The translations under genes and the position numbers were made by a program. Under the pieces are notes generated by a model. It ran no database searches, had not been told where the DNA came from, and saw only the letters and a list, made by a program, of their open reading frames with translations. 21,723 nt of DNA. Source: Azolla caroliniana. Its lineage: Eukaryota; Plantae; Polypodiophyta. The stretch lies in NCBI GenBank assembly GCA_043228905.1, contig JBHGNT010000522.1:1-21723 (forward strand), in the 5' to 3' direction. This document shows positions 12,228 through 21,183 of the stretch, piece after piece. Position 1 is the stretch's first letter. Each line of letters begins with the position of its first letter.

Positions 12228-12329
12228 GTGTACAGTGTGACTGTACACAGAGAGAGACAGAGAGATTTTTTCTCCTATATATATCGCCTTGGCTTCTTCA
12301 TTTACCCATTCTTGCTTTTCTCCTCTGTT

Positions 12330-12366
<37 letters not shown>
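12109..12366. repeat. Cluster of (GA)n, (CA)n and (CT)n microsatellites around the DRM/ARP core promoter and 5' UTR
   Basis: GA-rich 12109-12171, (CA)n 12172-12181, (CT)20 12182-12221, GA-rich 12250-12265, (CT)16 12335-12366. Confidence 0.93.
12276..12283 (+). promoter_or_regulatory. TATA box of the DRM/ARP gene
   Basis: CCTATATATAT followed by a pyrimidine-rich leader and the ATG at 12402, a typical plant core-promoter layout. Confidence 0.65.
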
Positions 12367-12368
<2 letters not shown>

Positions 12369-12401
12369 TCTGTTTCTTCATTTGTACATCTAATCTCGAT
12401 C

Positions 12402-14536
12402 ATGGGTTTGCTTGATAAGCTCTGGGATGATGTGGTGGCTGGTCCACAGCCAGATCAAGGCCTGAGTCGTCTCCGCAGAAACCCTAGAGTCCATGGTGGT
12501 AAGCTATTTTTCCTCTTCTTCTTCAGCTAAATTTCCATTGCTTTCTTTTAGGCTTTGTTCTTTTTTTTCTAGTCTGTGATATTTGCTTTTATTTACTGGG
12601 GAATGCATCTAAATACACTTGATATGTGATTATGATACACTGTCTTATGCATGTTTGATTCTTTGCTTGGGAATGTATGTGCATCTGGACCCTTGCTTTT
12701 GCAATGCATTTATGCTTGTGTATTTATGTACAGAAGCCATGGATGATATTGAACAACCGGCAAGGATAATGATGGAGAGGCCCCGCCGACGAAGCTGTGA
12801 ATTCATCCGGCCGCACGAGGATCCAAGGTGGGTGACACAGAGCATCGCGATTGCCAAGCGGCCTCCAAGGCTCCTCCTGCCCACCGATCCGCTTGATCCT
12901 GACTCTGGTGATTGCGGCTCCACCCCTTCTACTCCAGGCGGACCCAACACCCCTGGCTCATCTTTCGTCGGGTCTCCCTTTAGTAGTGAGCTTCTATATA
13001 CCTTTCCCTTTAGCTCTCTTTAGTATTATCCTAGTGTTTTCATTCCCCGCTCTCAATAGACTCAACATTCTGCATGAACTCCAAACAAAAATTATAATGT
13101 TAAAGAAAGGTGATGAATTTTAATTTATATCCCAGGAAGGTAGTAAACCTCACTTATAATTTGTTGAAATTATTAATATACAGATGCTCAATATTTAAAG
13201 AGTTTTATTTCAAAACATCTCCTAATTTATAGGTTTCTCACATGTAATTTCAATTGCAATTGATTTCCGGATACACGGCAATTTTACTTTAATTACGGTG
13301 TTTTCTCCATTCCCCATTTGAATGTCCAAAATTAATTATACTAATGGTAGTAAAATTTAAAAACATTAAATATTATAGTATGAAGGATTGTAAGAACATC
13401 CAAAGCAATCAATGTTTTATCTTTTTTAGATAGACTTTGAACAAAATCTATTAAAAACAATTAATATTCTTCTCTCATAGTTCTTATTAAATCTTACTGG
13501 GACATATTTTTGTAACAATTGTTAAGATAAAAGGATCATACTATGATGTAATATCTCTTTTTCGTCATCTACTTACATCAAATTTAACATTTGCAAGGTT
13601 TCGAGCGTGACAGACATCAGCTGAAATCTGTGTCAGTGCCTTCATCTCCTGCCCTCGGGTCTCATGGTGGTAATGACCCTTCCTGATTAGGAGCTAGAAG
13701 AGTTATGTAGCAATGAAATGGAAAGCTGAAAGCTGAAGCATTTTAAGCAACAAATTATTAACATGCTATAATATTATGGGTACTTTGTTGAGTATCAATT
13801 TAAAGATGTTATTGATGCAGGCCATGAAAGGGAGAATCCTTGGAGCAATGCGCTCCATTCTGGAAACAACAAAACAACAAAGAGACTTAGCTCAGAGAAG
13901 TTCGACAAACAACCACCTAACTCTCCTACAGTATATGACTGGTAATACGCTAACAAAATTTATTACTACTCAATATTAAGGCTAAATCTAGGTCCATGTG
14001 GATGAAGAATGGCTTTGTCCACTCACAGTCTGGATGGTTCTGGTTACTAGATCTGGAGATACAAGGTCTAGATACCCGTTCATTTGCTGACCTGTCTGAA
14101 ATTCAAGCCACTCTGTTGCACACATCTGTATTAGATGTAAGGTGGACTGTGGTATCATGCTTGGTTAGAGAGCTAATATCCATGGATTCTATCTATCAAG
14201 TGTGATTATTCATAGATTTATATTATTTTTGTTGGTACCTACTCCTAAGTTTTCCTTCTGGAAAACACCAATAATTCTCATGTGGTGCATGGAAAGGTTT
14301 TATCCCTCTTCTTTAGGGAATTTGTGAATTCTTTTGCTAAGCTCAATTGTTACAAGGCATTGGCTAACTCTAAGTTCTCCATGAACTGATATGTTTGGAA
14401 AGATTCCATGTGGTTCTTGTATGCGAAATTTATGGAAGTTCTAACTGTGATTTAGTTGTTGTGACATTGGCTAATATCAAGTTCTCCATGAACCTGTGCA
14501 TTTTCCAGGGTAGTATTGAGTGCCTTGGACAGATGA
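12402..14536 (+). CDS. DRM1/ARP: Dormancy/auxin-associated (DRM1/ARP, Auxin_repressed) family protein; join(12402..12498,12734..12985,[13598..13669 optional],13821..13941,14509..14536)
   Basis: Family N-terminus MGLLDKLWDDVVAGPQPDQGLSRLRR, internal VTQSIAI and Ser/Thr-Pro tract, ENPW...FDKQPPNSPTVYDW, and end VVLSALDR*. All introns are GT-AG and phases are consistent (1,1,[1],2). 165 aa without the optional exon, 189 aa with it. Confidence 0.92.
13598..13669 (+). CDS. Candidate cassette or mutually exclusive 72-nt exon of the DRM/ARP gene (xFERDRHQLKSVSVPSSPALGSHG)
   Basis: GC-richer island in an AT-rich intron, flanked by tttgcaAG| and |GTaatg, phase 1-1, open in the gene's frame. KSVSVPSSP resembles the RSLSMPxSP motif of DRM1-type proteins. 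Confidence 0.7.
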
Positions 14537-15010
14537 ACCATATCTGTCAAGGGCTGGTGACTAGCAATATATGCTATGCCCTCGAGATAAGCTGGTCCAT
14601 GTGGAGTTGGGCCATTGTATGTAGTACATGAGATGTTATGAAGACTGATGTGATGTACAAATTGTTCAGAAACAGAAAATTCAAGGCTTGCTCTGTATAA
14701 AGGGATGGCAAGTTTGAAAAGGCTATACAGTAAAAAAACACCAAGTCAAGCTATTGTTAATCCCAGCATGCCCCTCTTGGATTTTCGAGATGATGATGAT
14801 AATGTAGGATAACCCTACCTTTGTACAAATATGTATGTGTGTGTATATATGCTGTGGTGTGACATTAGCAGAAAGTGCATATTCTGCAAGCAGTAGAGTG
14901 AACAGTGGGATAGAACTTGCTGCAGTTCCAGGTGGGCAACTCTGGCAATTTCAATTTTGTGATATACTGCTGTCATCTGGTGTAGAGGGGTTTTCTTGGC
15001 TTCCAGGTCA

Positions 15011-15379
15011 GATGTTAGTTCAGTGTGTTTGGATGTTAGTTCAGTTATGGCAGTTTGTTTGGGTTTTAGTTCAGTTATGGCAGTTTGTTTGGGTTTTAGT
15101 TCAGTTATGGCAGTTTGTTTGGGTTTTAGTTCAGTTATGGCAGTTTGTTTGGGTGTTAGTTCAGTTATGGCATTTATGGAGTTCCATCCTGAAACCAGAG
15201 ATATATGATCATATGAGGTATTAGCGTTCCACTGCAGTTGTGTAGACGTTATGAGTTCGGTTATGGAAGTTCATCTGAATGTTAGTTCAGTTATGGCGAT
15301 TATGGAGTTCATCTTCTGAAACCAGAGATATATGATCATATGAGATATTAGTGTTCTACTGCAGTTGTGTGGATGTTAC
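15011..15379. repeat. 30-bp minisatellite (~5 copies plus degenerate units) overlapping a ~100-bp duplication
   Basis: The unit gggttttagttcagttatggcagtttgttt is exact at 15061, 15091 and 15121, with variants at 15011, 15031 and 15151. 15154-15251 is repeated at 15280-15379. Confidence 0.95.
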
Positions 15380-16258
15380 AGACATTACCTTGTGACATCG
15401 TCGAAAAGAGAGCAATTGGTATGTTTACTGTGATCTTTTTCGAGGGCTGTTGGTTTCTTCTGAAGTGTTTATGGATGTGAATGTTTTTTAGTCTTTTTGG
15501 GAAGAGCTTTGAATGCTTTTATCTCAAGATGCAGAAAGATGTGTAGCCAAAAGATATAGTTTTCCTATAAGAGAGATGCACATTTGATATATATATATAC
15601 TCTTCTTTTTTCTTATATATGTATATATATTCTGGAGGGAGTGTACAGATGTCAAGTCTGTTTTTGGGGAACTAGTATAAAAGATAGAATTTTATTTGTA
15701 TTTTGTCTAAAAGCTGTTTTAAGTTTGGGAGACTTGTAATGTCTTAAGCTTTTTAATAGTTTTGAAAATGCATCCCTTCAGTTGCACTCTTTATGTTGGA
15801 CATTGAATCATATGTTCTTTACAGGAATGCAATTGTGTTATTAAACTTTTGTAAGTACCTTTTTTATATATGTAACATGCATGCACGTCTCACACATCTA
15901 TTAGCATTTGGGTATTGGATGTTGCCTTACAATATTTAACGAAATCTCAAATAAAAATTTGTAAGAAGGATTTAGCTACCATAGTTGATACATCTTTTTG
16001 TAAATGGCGGGGCAATACCAGCCACACAGGAATAGCACTATCTATGATGAGCTATAGTAATTGTTTTATGAAATGCATAAATAGACTATTAACTAGGCCA
16101 GCTTGTGGATAAGCAGTAATACTACAAATGTGGAGGGTGTTCACTGCATCTCTATTTCAATGATAGTTTGCCTGATAACAGGCATGCCCAGCTCATTGCT
16201 TTTAGTCATTTAAAATACGTCGCAGCTATAGCTATGGGATCATTTTAAAATTCATTGT

Positions 16259-16305
<47 letters not shown>
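16259..16305. repeat. Compound (TG)9(AG)n microsatellite
   Basis: Read directly from the sequence. Confidence 0.95.
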
Positions 16306-16306
<1 letters not shown>

Positions 16307-16999
16307 CAAATTTGATGTTTAGTATGGCTATTTGATGCCAGCTGATCAGATTCTTTCTCAAAGTGCTTCCAACATTATTGCTATCCATTCTTTGTCAAGT
16401 GGTGAAGATTCATCGCTTCAAGATTTCTTTTTAGGGATCTGTTACTATCAGTGGTAATCTAAAGTATGTTATTTTGTTGGGAGTGATATGTTGTGAATGC
16501 CATTGGTGCAGAGTATTCCATGAAATACGCAGAATGTTGCATGTGACCATATGAGATATAGGATCTTTGTTTGATGGTGTTCTACTTATGATCCAACCAT
16601 GAATTGTTTCTCAAGTAATAAAATTGGACACAATTTCTTTACTGTTTCCTTCTTTCACTTGACATTCAAAATTTTGATTCTAGCTTCAATAGCAAATCAT
16701 ACATACAAAAATTCATTAGAAACAAAAGGAAACAAGATTTTGATGGATTGTTCTATGGTTGCATAATGTCATGGGTGGCAAGCACTTGGACCACATTCGT
16801 CACATGTCCACTTGAGCAAGGTTGAGCTCGTGAAACAAAACTGAAAATGCATGCAGGGTTGTTTTCCTTATGAAAATATGAGGCTGGTTGAGGGAACATG
16901 AAAATCTCTCTCAAAGAACTATTTATTGATAGCTTTAAAAGACAAACAAGTGCAAATACATACTAAATTATAATTTTGCATGACAGTAGGAAATAATCT

Positions 17000-17071
17000 T
17001 ATCAGAGCGAGGTTTCGATCCTCGGACCTGTGGGTTATGGGCCCACCACGCTTCCGCTGCGCCACTCTGAT
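17000..17071 (-). tRNA. tRNA-iMet: Cytosolic initiator tRNA-Met (anticodon CAT), intronless
   Basis: Minus strand reads ATCAGAGTGGCGCAGCGGAAGCGTGGTGGGCCCATAACCCACAGGTCCGAGGATCGAAACCTCGCTCTGATA. A1:U72 pair, three G:C pairs closing the anticodon stem, A54/A60 T-loop (ATCGAAA), all stems pair. CAA motif just upstream in an AT-rich flank. Confidence 0.97.
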
Positions 17072-18348
17072 ATGCTGTTGGACTGTGTTCATAAAATTGA
17101 ACTTATTCTATATTTGTATATTTGAGAAAGCCTTTTAACTCATTTGCATGGCAGTATCCGATAGCCAATCTGAATGCGCAATGATATAATGCTCCTCTAC
17201 AATTCTTTGAATCTCACCTATTTTTTAAACATCGTGTTCTTCCTCTTAATGTTGTTTGATTCATGATAATTGTCAATCGTAAAATACAGCATTGAGCAAC
17301 AAATGGCTCATATGCAAGTATTTAAATAATTTTAGGTCTTTATGCACCACCTCAATAGAGCTAAAATGAAACACAGCACATCTTAATTCTTAAGGCACAA
17401 CATTTCTTACTACTTAGGAGAGAGATTAACTTGATGATAGATGTCTTGATCTCCACCAAAGGTAACAATTGGCAATGGAACTTATGCATCACATGATTAT
17501 TAAATTTCCTACCACATGACACTTTTCATAATGCCAAACAAAACAAATTGTAAAATGCAATCAATTATCACCAAGCTATTGATCGGTCTTTTTTTCTCTC
17601 ATATTCGTGTGTTTTAACTTATGATTGCCTTCCATTGGGGTCTGATAGAGAACCAGTAAATTACCTTTGCATTGTCAACACAATTCCCTAGCCGGACCAA
17701 GAAATTCAATAGCTTAATAATAAATCACACGATGAATTAAGAAAATCTAGCTTTGGGCGCCTTTAAGAATGGTAAATGATTACAAGGCTTCATGTTGCCA
17801 CCAGTCCATTAAAACAACATTTAATTGGTTTCCAAATTTATCCTCTGGTATATTTGGATCCTATGAAAAGGTATTCAAAAACATGGTACACTTGCACATT
17901 AACGTGAAATAAACCTTCACAACGTATACAATGAGAAGACAGTACAATCTCATATATAGATCATTTTCTGATTAGTTTTCACCCCCAACCCATGTTAGTG
18001 GCTCTGTCCTCCGGGTATACTGTTCATAATAATCAGTTGCCACATCATAATAATAATTTGCCACACAATGGCTTTACCACTCATATATAAAGTGGCAGGT
18101 TACAAGTTTACAACATTTTCTTATCCAAATAGTGGTAAACTCATCAGACAATGAGTTCAAATTCATCCATGTATAGTCATGGTTTGTGAGTGGAATTTAT
18201 AGCCACTCAGATATTTTCTGACATAAACAGCTAGTACTTATTACAATGCAAGATGCACAGTACACAATGCACTCTGGTTTTCAATATTAAAATTTTCTCA
18301 TTTTAAAATTTGGAAATGAATATGGTAAAAAAAAACAAAAACTGTCAA

Positions 18349-19761
18349 TTATAGTGATGGTATTATACCCGAATGCATGCTATGCAAGAAACTGTGAGCA
18401 ATATATTCCCGCCGTTCTAATGAAAGTTGAGACCATGGCATGTGTTCACACGGTGTGTCGTCATCTTCAATGGGAATATAAAGGTCGGGATCAAAAGGTT
18501 CACTAAGTTGCTCGCAAATGTTATGTAAAACACAACAAGCACCAAGTATAGTTGGTAACTCTTGAACCTTAATCTCGGCTCGTTTTGTCAAGTATTGCCA
18601 CCGTCCTTTAAGCCGAGTGAATGCATTCCTCGCTATCTTTAGCGCCTCCTCAACCCTTTCATTAAAGGCATGTTGAGTCCATGTAAGATGCTCTTGAATA
18701 TAGGGTGAGAGTAACCAATCCAATGGTGGATAACTTGGCCCACCAACAACCCAATCACCGTGCAAGAAACCACTAAGCCCCCTTTCATATAGGGCCGATT
18801 TCTCGAGCACGTGTTCATCAGTGTAAGAACCCGGCCACCCAATACATATATCAGTGAACAGCCCATGTGCTTCGACCACACCTTGTAAAGTGAGAGAATA
18901 CGAGGTTTTCTGGGTTCGTTCGGTGTGTTTCCGGTTGAAATAAGAGGTGACATTGACTTTTGGAGCAATGATGGGCATGTGGGTGGTGTAAATGGCCCCT
19001 ACAATATCTGGGATGCCAGTAATCCTTTCAAATCCTTCTCGAATAGCTTGGGCATGTTCATGTGAAGGCCAATGGATATACTTTGGTAACAAAACATCAT
19101 TGATAGCAGTGCAAACCTCAATCACAAGCTTATGACAAGTGGAGATACCAAGACCAAATCGCTTTGATAGGAGTCTAAGTGGCTCTCCAGAAGAGAGTCG
19201 CCATAAACATACAGCAACACGCTGTTGTACGGGTATGGCTTGGCGTAGCATTGTGTCTTCTTTTGACACCACAGGCCCGATTTCTTCACAAATATGATCA
19301 AAAGTTGCGCGGCTCATCCGAAAAGCATGATGAAATTCAGCCTCAGGAAAATCAGGTTCATTACATCTATCCCACCATGCTTGTGATCTCTCTTTCTTCC
19401 ATACTCGTCTCTGGAGACCTTTCGCATGAATCACAATCTCAGTTGCCGGGTTCAAATCCATTAATTCAAGATCTTTACAATCCTTCATATCAATCTCTTC
19501 TCCTTCTTGATGCATTTGTGCTATTTCCATTAGATGGGCATTTTGCTCAAAGATTGTAGCTTCATCATCATAAAGGACATTTTCTTCTAACTCAATTTTT
19601 GCTTCCAAAAGATGGTCTTCATATTGCTCATTATTTTCTTCATACTCAGCACTGTGATGATGATGTTCCATACAGCCATTCTCTTCGTACTCTGCACCTG
19701 GATGATGATGATGATGAATGTGGCCGTTCTCTTCATACTCTGCACATTCTTCTTCCTGCAT
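18349..19761 (-). CDS. ALP1-like / HARBI1-like domesticated Harbinger transposase (DDE_Tnp_4), At5g12010/At4g29780-type clade, 470 aa
   Basis: Intact intronless ORF with RRVWKKERSQAWWD, FRMSRATF, QRVAVCLWRL, FGLGISTCHKLV, YTTHMPIIAPK, HTERTQKTSYS, LTWTQHAFN, RLKGRW and ACCVLHNICE. No flanking TIRs and no Myb/SANT partner ORF seen. Exact start codon uncertain. Confidence 0.93.
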   Translation of the reverse strand: MQEEECAEYEENGHIHHHHHPGAEYEENGCMEHHHHSAEYEENNEQYEDHLLEAKIELEENVLYDDEATIFEQNAHLMEIAQMHQEGEEIDMKDCKDLELMDLNPATEIVIHAKGLQRRVWKKERSQAWWDRCNEPDFPEAEFHHAFRMSRATFDHICEEIGPVVSKEDTMLRQAIPVQQRVAVCLWRLSSGEPLRLLSKRFGLGISTCHKLVIEVCTAINDVLLPKYIHWPSHEHAQAIREGFERITGIPDIVGAIYTTHMPIIAPKVNVTSYFNRKHTERTQKTSYSLTLQGVVEAHGLFTDICIGWPGSYTDEHVLEKSALYERGLSGFLHGDWVVGGPSYPPLDWLLSPYIQEHLTWTQHAFNERVEEALKIARNAFTRLKGRWQYLTKRAEIKVQELPTILGACCVLHNICEQLSEPFDPDLYIPIEDDDTPCEHMPWSQLSLERREYIAHSFLHSMHSGIIPSL

Positions 19762-19899
19762 CTGGAGATTCCGTTGTTTAAGATTCTCTGATTTAGACCA
19801 CTGAATGTATTTGAACCTTCTGAATTAGACCCACGCATCATATGAAATGTCTCCATTTAAAATAAACACACACACACTCACAAAAAAAAAAAAAAAACC

Positions 19900-20264
19900 C
19901 TACACAAACAGGGTAAGGAAAGTAGTCCTCTTCTCCCCACCCAATTAATGACAAGAAACCCTGATAAGACGAAAAGTACCACAAGAGAACTGAGTGGGTT
20001 TTAACACAAACCCGACACAGAGAAAAGAAAACAAGGAAACATAATCTCTACGCAAACATTGCCGATAAAAAGAAAACCGGCCTAGTTAACTACTAGCCAG
20101 AATCCAAAATTCGTGAATCTCAAAATTAAGAAAACGGCTAATTTTTAAGCGCCGAAAAAGGAAAGACGGCTGTGAACCCTAATTTGTAATATACAGACAG
20201 AGAGAATGAGAGAGAGCTATAAGTTGAAAACAGAAAGAGATGAAGAGCAAGAAGGGAAGAGTAC
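19900..20264 (-). other. Probable 5' UTR intron of the ALP1-like gene
   Basis: Minus-strand donor GAG|GTACTC at 20264, T/pyrimidine-rich interior, candidate acceptor TTTGTGTAG| at 19900. Purine-rich leader-like sequence lies upstream. Predicted only. Confidence 0.45.
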
Positions 20265-20795
20265 CTCGTGCGAGCTTGAGTTTTGTCTCACGCACACACA
20301 CACTCCTTTGGGTTTTCCTTTCACACGATCGATCGCCCCCTCCTCCTCTTCTTTCTTTCGTTCTTGGCTTCTTTCTTCACTTCTCGCCACAGAGCAAACA
20401 TAAAACAGAGACAGACAGACAGACAGAGAAGCAGCTTCCTTACTTTTACTTACTAGGTAGGTCATGGACCATGGTCTGAAAACAAACAAGCTTTTTGTCT
20501 TCCTTTCTCTCTCTCAATGAATGAATGAATGAATGCTCTACTATAGTCTATTATGTACACATTAGGGAGGGCCACACTAGTACATATTTTCGTCTCATCG
20601 GGTACTTCATTCCAATTTCCCCGTGAGCTTAGCTACCCACCCACCCTCGCATTCGCTACCTTGCCTGCTCGATCCGAGCCCGCAACTCCTAGTCAACCAA
20701 CCACATGCAAAGCTTTAACATCAAAACCTTTCACCTGGGGGGCTATCGAAACCAGATTCCATTGTGTGTATGTGTACACGAGACTGCGCATCCTG

Positions 20796-21183
20796 ATCAC
20801 ACTCAAATGGGACACTTCAGTACTTGATTTTGCCTCGAGTTTATGCCTTGCTTCTCATCATTACCACATTAAGCTACTAATCTTGTTTCTAATTCTATGA
20901 TTAGGAGCCCCAACTTCTGAATAATCACACTCAAATAGGACACTTCAAAACTTGATTATACCTCAAGTTGATGTATTGCTTCTCATCATTAGCACATTAA
21001 GCTACTAATCTTGTTTCTAATTCTATGATTAGGAGCCCCAACTTCTGAATAATCACACTCAAATAGGACACTTCAAAACTTGATTATACCTCAAGTTTAT
21101 GTATTGCTTCTCGTCATTGGCACATTAAGCTACTAATCTTGTTTCTAATTCTATGATTAGGATCCCCAACTTCTAAATAGTCA
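20796..21183. repeat. Tandem array of three 128-bp units
   Basis: Units start at 20796, 20924 and 21052 (atcacactcaaat...cacattaagctactaatcttgtttctaattctatgattagga...). Copies 2 and 3 are more alike than either is to copy 1. Confidence 0.96.

Noticed and set aside
11567-12248. ORFs with ERERER, LSLSLS or YVCM runs
   Set aside because: These are translations of microsatellites in the promoter.
14835-15224. ORFs with WQFVWVLVQL repeats, or a CRISPR-like array
   Set aside because: The frames stay open only because the unit is 30 bp. The repeats are head-to-tail with no unique spacers, in a eukaryotic context.
15380-16900. Scattered splice-like signals suggesting further exons or a lncRNA
   Set aside because: No coherent reading frame or homology; cannot be supported without transcript data.
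16900-16999. Dicistronic tRNA-snoRNA, suggested by the first T4 terminator being ~60 nt downstream of the tRNA
   Set aside because: No C box (RTGATGA) or D box in the trailer; TTATTT right after the gene may act as a non-canonical terminator.
17000-17012. TATCAGAGC as an LTR primer-binding site
   Set aside because: It lacks the TGG (CCA complement) and an adjacent LTR end; it is the 3' end of a complete tRNA gene.
18349-19761. Active PIF/Harbinger transposon
   Set aside because: The DDE triad is absent, no TIRs, TSD or second Myb/SANT ORF are seen, and the protein matches a conserved host-gene clade.
19895-20185. Telobox-like motifs (aaaccctac, aaaccctga, gaaccctaa) in the ALP1-like leader
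   Set aside because: None is the exact AAACCCTAA, and near-matches are common in plant leaders.
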